A stretch of DNA of 64,000 nucleotides from assembly GCA_014860665.1 (NCBI GenBank), contig JACZJI010000048.1, positions 2,418 through 66,417 of the forward strand, given 5' to 3'. Source of the stretch: Bacteroidales bacterium. Its GTDB lineage: Bacteria; Bacteroidota; Bacteroidia; Bacteroidales; F082. Made by a program: the position numbers and the translations under genes. Of this stretch, positions 41,573 through 50,892 are shown one piece after another (the stretch's first letter is position 1; the number at the start of each line of letters is the position of its first letter). The notes under the pieces are model-generated. The model was not told where the DNA came from. It did not search any database and saw only the letters and a list, made by a program, of their open reading frames with translations.

Positions 41573-42814
41573 ATGAGCATTCAAAAAAGGTTAAAATCAT
41601 TGGGCCCGGGTTTATTGATAACAGCAGCATTTATAGGTCCAGGAACTATCACTACTTGTACACTTTCCGGAGCAGGCTTTGGCTATGCATTATTATGGGG
41701 ATTGACATTTTCCGTCGTGGCAACCATAATCCTGCAAGAAATGTCAGCTCGACTGGGTATCGTAGGGAGATTAGGACTGGGAGAAGCTTTAAGACAACAA
41801 TTTAACAATCCCATGGCAAAAGCTGTGGCGATCCTGCTTGTGCTATCAGCCATTGTAATAGGCAATGCTGCATATGAAACAGGGAATATTCTTGGGGCAT
41901 CCATGGGCTTGGCTGAAATCACAAAAATGACCGAACTTCATATCCAGGGGTTCTGGTCAATGAAAATTTGGGGAGTGGTAATCGGGCTGGCAGCATTTCT
42001 CGTATTGTCATTTGGGAGTTACAAATATCTGGAAAGGGTACTTATCTTTCTTGTGACAATTATGAGCATTTCTTTTATTGCTACGATGTTCATTATTAAA
42101 CCCGGTTTCTGGGCTATTTTGAAGGGTATGTTTATACCTACACTCCCTTCGGGAAGTTTACTGATGCTCATTGGCCTTGTAGGAACTACGGTTGTTCCGT
42201 ACAATTTATTTTTACACGCTTCCACCGTTCAGGAAAAATGGAAAAATAAGGAAGATCTGAAAGATTCAAGGTTTGATCTGAGCCTATCCATCATTCTGGG
42301 AGGAGTTATCTCTATGTCGATCGTGATCACTGCTGCTGCTGCTTTTTTTGGTTCTCATACAAACATTAGTGGAGCTTCGGACCTTGCCGAACAATTAAAG
42401 CCATTATTAGGAAACTGGGCGGCAGTATTTATGTCACTGGGACTCTTTGCTGCAGGCATTTCTTCAGCAATTACAGCACCGCTTGCTGCTGCTTATGCTA
42501 CTTCGGGGATTTTGGGATGGAAAGCAGGATTAAAATCAAAAAAATTCAAAGCTATATGGCTGGCTATTCTATTGATTGGACTGGCATTTTCGCTGGCCGG
42601 CTCAAGCCCCATTCAGGCCATAGTATTTGCCCAGATAACTAATGGGATTCTTCTACCAGTTATCGCAATTTATCTCCTTATCATAATGAATAACAGGAAT
42701 CTACTAAAAACCAACACCAATAACTTGCTTCAAAACATGCTGGGCATTGTCATTGTAATAATTATGATTATTTTAGGAGGGAAAAGTATTCTTTTTGCAC
42801 TGAGAGTTTTGTAA
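41573..42814 (+). CDS. NRAMP-family transporter (YcsG-like), linked to the pxp genes
   Basis: GPGLLITAAFIGPGTIT, QEMSARLG, GTTVVPYNLFLH and AGISSAITAPLA. It lacks the DPGN motif of MntH. Confidence 0.88.
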   Translation: MSIQKRLKSLGPGLLITAAFIGPGTITTCTLSGAGFGYALLWGLTFSVVATIILQEMSARLGIVGRLGLGEALRQQFNNPMAKAVAILLVLSAIVIGNAAYETGNILGASMGLAEITKMTELHIQGFWSMKIWGVVIGLAAFLVLSFGSYKYLERVLIFLVTIMSISFIATMFIIKPGFWAILKGMFIPTLPSGSLLMLIGLVGTTVVPYNLFLHASTVQEKWKNKEDLKDSRFDLSLSIILGGVISMSIVITAAAAFFGSHTNISGASDLAEQLKPLLGNWAAVFMSLGLFAAGISSAITAPLAAAYATSGILGWKAGLKSKKFKAIWLAILLIGLAFSLAGSSPIQAIVFAQITNGILLPVIAIYLLIIMNNRNLLKTNTNNLLQNMLGIVIVIIMIILGGKSILFALRVL

Positions 42815-42864
42815 TTTTGATTTTTATCAGATTAAAACCTGAACCCATAAAACTCAGTGAACAT

Positions 42865-43623
42865 ATGAAAGTAGATATCAATTCGGATTTGGGAGAAAGC
42901 TTTGGAGCTTACAAAATGGGGAATGATGCAGAGGTGATGAAATATATCTCCTCAGCTAACATTGCCTGCGGATTTCATGCGGGAGACCCTATTGTAATAG
43001 AAAAGACCATAAAGCTTGCGCTGGAAAATCATGTTGCCATTGGGGCACATCCGGGTTATCCGGATTTAATGGGATTCGGAAGAAGAAAAATAAATTTATC
43101 TCCTGAAGAAGTAAAAGCATATGTTTTCTACCAGGTAGCCGCTTTAAAGGCCATGACAGAAGCCCTGGGGGGCAGGTTACAACACGTAAAGGCGCATGGT
43201 GCTCTATACAACGAAGCGGCAGAAAATGAAACTGTTGCCAGAGCAATAGCTGAGGCTGTCCTCCAATTAGATTCTGAATTGATTTTTGTCGGACTTGCAA
43301 ATTCCAGGATGCTTGAAGTAGCCAAAAACATAGGACTGAAAACTGTATCAGAAGTTTTTGCTGACAGAGCTTATACCAATGCAGGAACTTTAGTCCCACG
43401 TTCAAAATCAGGATCTGTCATTCATAATGCAGAATTATGCAACCAAAGAGTTATACAGATGCTTTTGGAAAATACAGTAGAAGCTATCGACGGAAGTAAA
43501 ATTCAGATCAAAGCGGATACGATTTGTATTCATGGAGATAATCCTGCTGCACTGGAACTGGCTTACTCTTTAAGAAAGCATCTTGAAAAAAACAGTGTTG
43601 AAATACAAGCCATGAAAGCATGA
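42865..43623 (+). CDS. pxpA: 5-oxoprolinase subunit A (LamB/YcsF family)
   Basis: DINSDLGESFG, ANIACGFHAGDP, GAHPGYPD, HVKAHGALYN, EVFADRAY and CIHGD. I moved the start to ATG 42865. Confidence 0.95.
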   Translation: MKVDINSDLGESFGAYKMGNDAEVMKYISSANIACGFHAGDPIVIEKTIKLALENHVAIGAHPGYPDLMGFGRRKINLSPEEVKAYVFYQVAALKAMTEALGGRLQHVKAHGALYNEAAENETVARAIAEAVLQLDSELIFVGLANSRMLEVAKNIGLKTVSEVFADRAYTNAGTLVPRSKSGSVIHNAELCNQRVIQMLLENTVEAIDGSKIQIKADTICIHGDNPAALELAYSLRKHLEKNSVEIQAMKA

Positions 43624-44312
43624 CGGAATATAACACACAAATTCTTCCTTCCGGCGATTCTGCCATTCTTGTAAGATTCAGTGAGCAAATTTCAGAAAGC
43701 ATCAACCGGAAAGTAATTTCATTCAGAAATAACCTGGAACAAATAAATTTACCTGGTATCATCGAAACCATTCCTGCTTATGCTTCTCTTATGATAATAT
43801 ACAATCCACTGATTGTTTCTTTTAAAATCCTTTATAGGGAAATAAAAGAAATTCTCGACAAAACAAAGGACGAAACTTTGTCAAAATCAAGAACAATTAC
43901 CATTCCGGTCTGTTATGACTCGACATTCAGCATGGACCTACAGGAAGTCTCTCAACAAACAGGACTTTCACCTGCTGAAATCATAAAAATTCACTACTCC
44001 TCCACTTACAGGATTTTCATGCTGGGTTTTACACCAGGATTTCCTTATATGGGAGAAACCGATGAACGGATAGCCTGTCCTCGCAAAAGCACGCCCAGAC
44101 AAGCTGTTCCAGAAGGCTCTGTAGGCTTGGCAGGCAGACAAACTGGAATTTATCCCATTGAAAGTCCGGGTGGATGGCAGATTATCGGCCGCACTCCTTT
44201 GAAGATTTTTAATCCGGGTAGCGAAAATATCTTCCTTCTTCGAGCAGGTGATATTATCCAGTTCAAACCCATCAGCATAAGTGAGTTTGAATCCATTTCA
44301 AAAACCCAGTGA
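43620..44312 (+). CDS. pxpB: 5-oxoprolinase subunit B
   Basis: GDSAILV, IPAYASL, IPVCY, LGFTPGFPY, GSVGLAGRQTGIYP and SPGGWQIIGRTP. Confidence 0.95.
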   Translation: MTEYNTQILPSGDSAILVRFSEQISESINRKVISFRNNLEQINLPGIIETIPAYASLMIIYNPLIVSFKILYREIKEILDKTKDETLSKSRTITIPVCYDSTFSMDLQEVSQQTGLSPAEIIKIHYSSTYRIFMLGFTPGFPYMGETDERIACPRKSTPRQAVPEGSVGLAGRQTGIYPIESPGGWQIIGRTPLKIFNPGSENIFLLRAGDIIQFKPISISEFESISKTQ

Positions 44313-45250
44313 GAGCCATGGATGGAATAAAATTCATAAAGGAGGGATTTTTGACAACCATACAAGACTTGGGTCGATACGGGTTCCAGAAATTCGGGAT
44401 GCCAGTTTCAGGAGCCATGGACAGCTATTCACTTAAAACAGCCAATTGGCTGGTAGGGAACCCACGGGAATCAGCGTGCTTTGAAATCACATTTCAAGGA
44501 CCGGAAATAGAATTCCATTGTGAAACAGTAATAGGACTCAGCGGTGCACCCATGCAGGCATCGCTTAATGGGAATACCTTGCAGTCGGATACGTCTTATC
44601 GGGTTTTCAGAGGAGATATTCTCAGAACTGGAATTGTTCAGCAAGGAGTACGTAGCTATCTTGCCATTGCCGGGGAAATCGAAATTCCGGAAGTAATGGG
44701 AAGCAAATCGACATATTTAAGAGGTCGTTTGGGTGGTTTCCACGGACGAAAGATAGAAGCTGGTGATGAAATTGCAATCAAACCAAGTGGATTTTCTGAT
44801 GTGAGGCAACTCCCTTATGAATTTCGACAGTTTTTTTCCACCTCACAAACATTACGGATTATTCCTGGAACTGAAGTCAGTTATTTCGAGTTATCAGGAA
44901 TAACCTCTTTTCTTACTTCAGAATATACAGTAAGCCCCCAAAATGACAGAATGGGATATCGTCTGTCAGGACAGGCAATTACCCATAAATCAGGCGCTGA
45001 TATAATTTCTTCCGGCATTACAAATGGAAGCATTCAGGTCCCGGGACACGGACAGCCGATCATTATGCTGGCAGATCACCAAACCGTGGGGGGGTATACA
45101 CAAATTGCCAATATTGTTTCTGTAGATATTCCTCTTGTAGGACAACTCAAAACAGGCGACAAGATTCATTTTAGAGAAACAAGCCTTCAGGAAGCACATG
45201 ATCTTATCGAAAAACAGGAACAGCTTTTTAAAAATCTCTATCTATTATAG
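44309..45250 (+). CDS. pxpC: 5-oxoprolinase subunit C (biotin-dependent carboxyltransferase-like)
   Basis: TTIQDLGR, GAMD, GVRSYLA, NDRMGYRL, GSIQVP and DHQTVGGY. Confidence 0.95.
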   Translation: MRAMDGIKFIKEGFLTTIQDLGRYGFQKFGMPVSGAMDSYSLKTANWLVGNPRESACFEITFQGPEIEFHCETVIGLSGAPMQASLNGNTLQSDTSYRVFRGDILRTGIVQQGVRSYLAIAGEIEIPEVMGSKSTYLRGRLGGFHGRKIEAGDEIAIKPSGFSDVRQLPYEFRQFFSTSQTLRIIPGTEVSYFELSGITSFLTSEYTVSPQNDRMGYRLSGQAITHKSGADIISSGITNGSIQVPGHGQPIIMLADHQTVGGYTQIANIVSVDIPLVGQLKTGDKIHFRETSLQEAHDLIEKQEQLFKNLYLL

Positions 45251-45416
45251 GCGGGAAACTACCATGATTTAATAATTGCAACTCAAGCTATTCAATAAAT
45301 TTTATTGCATTTTTTTGAGAACATAAACATCATTATTTATTCTTAAAAGAACTTTAAATCATCCCTAGAAGTTTATCAATAATCCTTACTTTTGCAAATC
45401 TTAAACCTAAACAAAG

Positions 45417-46661
45417 ATGGACGTATTTGACAAATGTGAGGTGAACATGGGACCGCTCGGAATGTATGCCGATGAATCAGAAGGTTATTACATGTTCCCT
45501 AAACTGGAAGGTGAAATTTCCGATAAAATGATGTTTCAAGGCAAGGAACGGCTTGTATGGAGCCTGAACAATTATCTTGGATTGGCTAATAATCCTGAGG
45601 TAAGGAAAGCCGACGCCGATGGCGCTGCTCAGTGGGGGCTTGCCTATCCTATGGGTGCACGCATGATGTCTGGTCAAACCAAATACCATGAGCAACTGGA
45701 ACAGCAACTTGCTTCTTTTGTAAAAAGACCTGCTGCCTATCTGTTGAATTATGGCTACCAAGGGATGGTTTCTATCATCGACTCGATGGTAAACCGCAAT
45801 GATGTCATTGTTTACGACTCGGAAGCTCATGCTTGTATTATCGACGGCATGCGTCTCCATATCGGAAAACGTTTTGTTTATCCGCACAACGACATGGCCA
45901 ATCTTGAAAAAGAACTGGAAAGGGCAACCAAGCTTGTAGAAAAAACAGGAGGTGGAATCCTCCTCATTACTGAAGGCGTTTATGGCATGGCAGGAGACCT
46001 GGGCAATTTACCTGCAATTGTAGCTTTGAAAGAAAAATATAACTTCCGGATTTTCATTGACGATGCACATGGTTTCGGAACTATGGGACCTACTGGCGCT
46101 GGAACTGATGAACATTTCGGAGTTCAGGATAAAGTAGATATATATTTTGGAACCTTCGCTAAGGCGATGGCCGGAATTGGTGGTTTTGTTGCCGGCGATG
46201 AAAAGGTTATCAAATACTTGAAATACAACATGCGTTCGCAGATTTTTGCCAAATCACTACCTATGCCTATGGTTTTTGGTGCCATGAAAAGGCTCGAAAT
46301 GCTGCGTGAAGACCCGACACACCGTAAAAAACTTTGGACAATTGTTAACGCTCTGCAAAAAGGCTTGCGTGAAGCCGGGCTGAACATTGGAAATACAGCA
46401 TCACCCGTAACTCCCGTCATTTTGAATGGTTCTATTCCGGAAGCAACCCAAATTACTTACGATTTGCGAGAAAACTACGATATTTTCTGTTCTATTGTTG
46501 TTTATCCGGTAGTTCCCAAGGACACCATTCTTCTACGTCTGATCCCAACTGCTGCTCACACACTGGAGGATGTTGAATATACTATAAAAGCTTTCAAAGA
46601 AATCAAAAGAAAGCTGGACAACAAAGAATATTCAGATGAATTTAAAATAGCAAAAGGCTGA
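45417..46661 (+). CDS. Alpha-oxoamine synthase (AONS) family PLP enzyme, probably a cysteate acyltransferase of sulfonolipid synthesis
   Basis: NNYLGLAN, HACIIDG, HND, TEGVYGMAGD, DDAHGFG, GTFAK and LRLIPTAAH identify the family. The subfamily call rests on the N-terminal FPKLEGEI..WSLNNYLGLAN..PMGARMMSGQT block, recalled from memory. Confidence 0.8.
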   Translation: MDVFDKCEVNMGPLGMYADESEGYYMFPKLEGEISDKMMFQGKERLVWSLNNYLGLANNPEVRKADADGAAQWGLAYPMGARMMSGQTKYHEQLEQQLASFVKRPAAYLLNYGYQGMVSIIDSMVNRNDVIVYDSEAHACIIDGMRLHIGKRFVYPHNDMANLEKELERATKLVEKTGGGILLITEGVYGMAGDLGNLPAIVALKEKYNFRIFIDDAHGFGTMGPTGAGTDEHFGVQDKVDIYFGTFAKAMAGIGGFVAGDEKVIKYLKYNMRSQIFAKSLPMPMVFGAMKRLEMLREDPTHRKKLWTIVNALQKGLREAGLNIGNTASPVTPVILNGSIPEATQITYDLRENYDIFCSIVVYPVVPKDTILLRLIPTAAHTLEDVEYTIKAFKEIKRKLDNKEYSDEFKIAKG

Positions 46662-46715
46662 TAAAGTATTGATTGTTTACTATTCCCGGAAATAAAACTT
46701 CGGTTAAAAAATGTC

Positions 46716-46750
46716 AAAGTCCCGGTAAAAACCGGGGCTTTTTTTATTTT
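46716..46750 (+). terminator. Intrinsic terminator
   Basis: aaagtcccggt-aaaa-accggggcttt followed by a T-run. Confidence 0.85.
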
Positions 46751-47127
46751 CCTCATCACTTCTTTTCATGATAAAAAGCTAATTCAAAACTTATTTCTCA
46801 CAATAAAAATATTTAAAGGTTATTTCAGAAAATCAGTTTTTTGATATCCAGTATAAAACATGAACAGTGTCAAAGACAAAAAGTCTCTGAATAAAAATTA
46901 ATTAGAATCGAAATAAATTATGATTCAGAACTTAGGAAAGACAAACAATCTGTTTAGTACGAACAATTTATTTCTACATTAGGAGGAAAATTGTCTATGT
47001 CAGGAAAGATATTTTGTCTTAGGAGCTTTGAACTTTTCCTTCGTGGACCTGAAAATACCGAAATCCCGCACCTTCAGGGTAAATATTACCTACTATTAAG
47101 TCTGGTTAGAAAATTAGATGCGCTTTT

Positions 47128-47769
47128 ATGAGAAAAGGACTTATGATCGTTTTAATCGTTGCCTTTTTTATTTTCCTGATTTTAAATCAGACTCTCATCA
47201 GTTTGAAACAAAGATATGATCATCCAGAATGGCTTTTTTCCATTGTGGAAGCTGTCACAATTTTTTTCTTCCTGTATTTTATTTTTAATTTTTACACCAA
47301 AAAAGCCAAAAAATCAAGTCTACATCAACTTATTGCAGAAAACAGAAGAACAGATAACCCATCCGATAATTTAGACATTGAAAATAATCTACCCGATTAT
47401 ATTTCGCAGAAAAACCTGAACCATGATTTAAAAACTCAAATTATATACACGATAGAAGAGCAAATAGAAGCAAAAGTCTTTCTGGACCCTGACCTGAATC
47501 TTGAAACGATGGCAAAAAAATGTGATACAAACCGTGCCTATCTCTCAAGAGTTATTCATGAAAAGTACGGAATGAATTTCAACAATTTCATAAATCAGTT
47601 TCGGATAAAAGAAGCAGAAAATATCATTTGCAATCCTTCCAATGATATTCCGCTGAAAGCTCTGCCCCAGAAGACCGGATTTAAATGTTACGCCCGTTTC
47701 CATGAAGCTTTTAAAAAACAAACAGGTACTACTCCGACTATTTTTGTTAAAAACAACTGTTTTTTATAG
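47128..47769 (+). CDS. AraC-family regulator with two N-terminal TM helices
   Basis: Hydrophobic aa ~5-25 and ~36-56; C-terminal FLDPDLNL..MA....TNRAYLSRVI..FNNFINQFRI..A..GF....FHEAFKKQTG.TP. Confidence 0.9.
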   Translation: MRKGLMIVLIVAFFIFLILNQTLISLKQRYDHPEWLFSIVEAVTIFFFLYFIFNFYTKKAKKSSLHQLIAENRRTDNPSDNLDIENNLPDYISQKNLNHDLKTQIIYTIEEQIEAKVFLDPDLNLETMAKKCDTNRAYLSRVIHEKYGMNFNNFINQFRIKEAENIICNPSNDIPLKALPQKTGFKCYARFHEAFKKQTGTTPTIFVKNNCFL

Positions 47770-47779
47770 GATCAAAATC

Positions 47780-47805
47780 TCATACGGATTTATAAATCCG
47801 TATGA
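47780..47805. promoter_or_regulatory. Perfect 26-bp palindrome between araC and the OMP gene
   Basis: tcatacggatttataaatccgtatga is its own reverse complement. Confidence 0.6.
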
Positions 47806-47949
47806 AAAACTCCCTTTTATAATTCCCATCCGGAAAATTCTTTGATAACTTTGAGTTATCAGCAAAGGATTGTACGCACAAATTATTATAGAATACTTTC
47901 AGAAAACAAATTAAGGGGTTTATTGAGTTCACATCAAAAAAATAATATT

Positions 47950-48960
47950 ATGAAAAGGGCACTTTTATTATTTATGGTAATGCTATTGGTCCCAGCGATG
48001 GGCTTTTCAACAGATATCATTACATTAAAAAGCGGCACGATAATTCGTGCAAAAATCCTGACTGTCAATGAACATAATGTGAGTTACCAAACCACAGAAG
48101 AAAAAACAGGTTCAGTCTATACAATTCCGAAAACAGAAGTTTCTGACATTTATTTTGAAAGCAGGTCGAAAATAGATCTCAATTCTGGTAAGAAAAGCAT
48201 GAATCAGAAGGGATCTACCGCCACCACTATCAGTACAGATGAGCCTGAAGAAAGTCGTTTTTCCGTAGGTTTTTCAGGAATCTATCCCACCGGAACATTT
48301 CCATCCACAGCTCTCACCAATATGGGAACTGCATCATGGCTAAAAAGTCAGGGGCATGAAGTAAAAAGCTATGGAATTGGCATGAATCTGCAAGAAAAGA
48401 TCACAGAACATTTTAGCATTTACCTTAACATGGCTGTTTACAATTATAATATTTTTCTGGCAAAAGCTGGTTCTGATGTTCAATCTGCCTGGACCGTAGA
48501 AGAAGGAGCTACCCACTGGGATGAACCAGGTGCTCCTCAGATTTTGTATGTTCATAATCTTCCTACCGATGTCCATTTTGACATGCAGGCCTCCGGTGTA
48601 AAACTTGGGATAAAATATATTTTGGGAACTAAGAAAATCCGACCCTGGGCAGGTATTGATTACGGATATTATATGTGGACTGCCAATTACACAAACGGTG
48701 ACAAATCCAAAACCTACGGCAAAGACAATGGCACGGCAACAGGTCCAACAGTCGGAGTTGGCATCGATTTCAAAGTTACACCAGGAATCACACTTACTCC
48801 GTTTTGGAGTGGAATGGCCATTATTGCAAGATATAAAATCGACGGTTTATTTTACCCCCAGTGGAATTATGACTCATACACAGGAGAGCCAATTATGGGA
48901 ACATCTCGATTTGGGTTAACCCTTTATTTTTCAACAATCAAAAAACACAAAAATCGTTAA
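47950..48960 (+). CDS. Putative outer membrane beta-barrel protein
   Basis: Signal peptide from ATG 47950 (start refined), a DIITLKSG..I.AKI N-terminal domain, and alternating aromatic/hydrophobic strands (GVKLGIKY, PWAGIDYGYY, FGLTLYF). Confidence 0.7.
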   Translation: MKRALLLFMVMLLVPAMGFSTDIITLKSGTIIRAKILTVNEHNVSYQTTEEKTGSVYTIPKTEVSDIYFESRSKIDLNSGKKSMNQKGSTATTISTDEPEESRFSVGFSGIYPTGTFPSTALTNMGTASWLKSQGHEVKSYGIGMNLQEKITEHFSIYLNMAVYNYNIFLAKAGSDVQSAWTVEEGATHWDEPGAPQILYVHNLPTDVHFDMQASGVKLGIKYILGTKKIRPWAGIDYGYYMWTANYTNGDKSKTYGKDNGTATGPTVGVGIDFKVTPGITLTPFWSGMAIIARYKIDGLFYPQWNYDSYTGEPIMGTSRFGLTLYFSTIKKHKNR

Positions 48961-49085
48961 ACCTTTACAAAGACAAAATGATTAAAACTGACAATAAAGA
49001 ACATTAAGGTTATCGGAAAATCGGTAAAAATTGAAATAACGGGTATTGTCTAATTCTTTCTTAGAAAAACAGTAAAATAAAAAAT

Positions 49086-49127
49086 GAAAATCAAAAGCCG
49101 CGGTTAAAACCGCGGCTTTTGATTTTC
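49086..49127. terminator. Bidirectional intrinsic terminator
   Basis: gaaaatcaaaagccgcggtt-aa-aaccgcggcttttgattttc is a perfect 20-bp inverted repeat between convergent genes. Confidence 0.92.
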
Positions 49128-49160
49128 CAGCATCGTTCCAAAAATCTTAAGAACAGTTCT

Positions 49161-50867
49161 CTACCTCAGCAATAACTTTTGGGTGTATTTCTTATCCTTA
49201 ACGTTAATTTCCAGCAAATACATCCCACGTGGAAGATATCTTATATTCAACGAAGTAGATGTCGTTACTTGAGCATCTAAAACGGGCTCGCCTGAAAGGG
49301 AGAAAAATCGCACTGTAGCGGTTCCTGTAATATTACTAAATTGTACCTTGTCATATGCTGGGTTGGGAAAAGCCTGTGGCAGGTCCTGGCTGTCGGATTC
49401 GGATATTCCACTGGAAGAAGGTTTCAGCACAACATTTTCCACAATCAATCTCTCATCCTGAACCTGAACATTCCTCAGGGTTTTACTCACATATCCTGGT
49501 GCTGAAAAAGTAATATCATATGTCCCTGCTTTTATAGGTCGGAAGTAAGCGCCTGTAAGGGAATCGGAATAAACATCGGAATTATTGGCATCGTGGTTGT
49601 CAATAAAAACATCCGCTTTGAGCGGCATGCCTGAAACGCTGTCAGTAACTACGCCCCGAATGCCATCCAGTGCCTGGTGCATGTAATTTAAGAAAGAGCG
49701 ATAATCATAATTCCAATATGATAATAAGGTTGATGGAGTGGGCATTTTTGTCTCTGATAATTCCAGCGTAAACTCCCGGTCGTGCATAAAATAATTCATA
49801 TAATCCTGCCTTCCACCTGTCACCTGATACCATGCAAACCCATCTGTAATACCATCATTTTCATCAGTAAAATAACCTGCCGGGCTATAAGCGTGAATTG
49901 TATCAGCGAACTGTCTGCAAACATATTGCCACCAGGCATCATCTGCAGTCAGAAAGGACCATGTATCCCAAGGGTAATTGGCAACTTCGTTGCCGGTATG
50001 CATATTACAAGACATAACAAAATGATGCTCGCCTGCAAAGTTCATAAAAGCCTGTGTTTCCGGTTGCCATTTATTGCCATCGGGATGTTGCCCTGCCTGA
50101 GGGTCTGGGTAGTTTCGGTTCAGATCAACGCTATTGGCATTAAATCGTGTGGCATAATAAACTGAAGTATCACCGCCCGCATAAGTTCCATCCGGATTGG
50201 CCAACGGATTTATCCAGATATCCAGACTGTCCACAAGATTTGTAACCTGTGGTATCTTTCCATAATTACTTAACAAATAATCGATTAGATGCAGCATCAA
50301 AACATAACCAATAGTCTCATCTCCATGCATGGTAGAAGTATACATAAACTGGGGCTTGTAATGTGTGCTGTATTTGTTGCTTTCAATATGAATAAACAGA
50401 AGCTTTCTTCCATCTACTGTTGTCCCGATGTCCACCAGTTTGCAGAGTTGTGGATAGGAAGTCTGAAACTGGTTCATGAGGTTCAAATATTGGTTGTAAC
50501 TGGGATAATAATCCCAGGCTGTTGTTGCCTTCAAATATGCTGGTTTCAGTTTTTCCGGATTCAGCATCATAGATGGAGGTTGGAGTAACTGATAGTTTAT
50601 CTTTAGGTTCAGGAAGCGTGAAAACCCTTTTGCATTAGCATAGGCATAGACATAATCTTTATCAACCCGATCTATGGAAATAAAAGTAGCCAGACTCTTC
50701 AAGAGTCCGGGATTAATTTTCACAATAGAATCAGAAATACGAAAGTAAACCTCGCCCCTGTTTTTCAGGAGCATATCATACTGATGATTGCTGATCACTG
50801 TCTGCGCCTCCAGCATAAAATTTCCTGAAAGGAAAATAATAACCCATGCCAGTATCAGGCGCTTCAT
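49161..50867 (-). CDS. M14 zinc carboxypeptidase with T9SS C-terminal sorting domain
   Basis: MHGDE, NPDG, DLNRNYPD, HTG, GGRQD and TLELS; carboxypeptidase regulatory-like domain; CTD AFPNPA..LPRGMYLLEI..YTQKLLL. I moved the start to ATG 50867. Confidence 0.92.
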   Translation of the reverse strand: MKRLILAWVIIFLSGNFMLEAQTVISNHQYDMLLKNRGEVYFRISDSIVKINPGLLKSLATFISIDRVDKDYVYAYANAKGFSRFLNLKINYQLLQPPSMMLNPEKLKPAYLKATTAWDYYPSYNQYLNLMNQFQTSYPQLCKLVDIGTTVDGRKLLFIHIESNKYSTHYKPQFMYTSTMHGDETIGYVLMLHLIDYLLSNYGKIPQVTNLVDSLDIWINPLANPDGTYAGGDTSVYYATRFNANSVDLNRNYPDPQAGQHPDGNKWQPETQAFMNFAGEHHFVMSCNMHTGNEVANYPWDTWSFLTADDAWWQYVCRQFADTIHAYSPAGYFTDENDGITDGFAWYQVTGGRQDYMNYFMHDREFTLELSETKMPTPSTLLSYWNYDYRSFLNYMHQALDGIRGVVTDSVSGMPLKADVFIDNHDANNSDVYSDSLTGAYFRPIKAGTYDITFSAPGYVSKTLRNVQVQDERLIVENVVLKPSSSGISESDSQDLPQAFPNPAYDKVQFSNITGTATVRFFSLSGEPVLDAQVTTSTSLNIRYLPRGMYLLEINVKDKKYTQKLLLR

Positions 50868-50892
50868 AGCAATGCATATAGTGTCAAATGTT

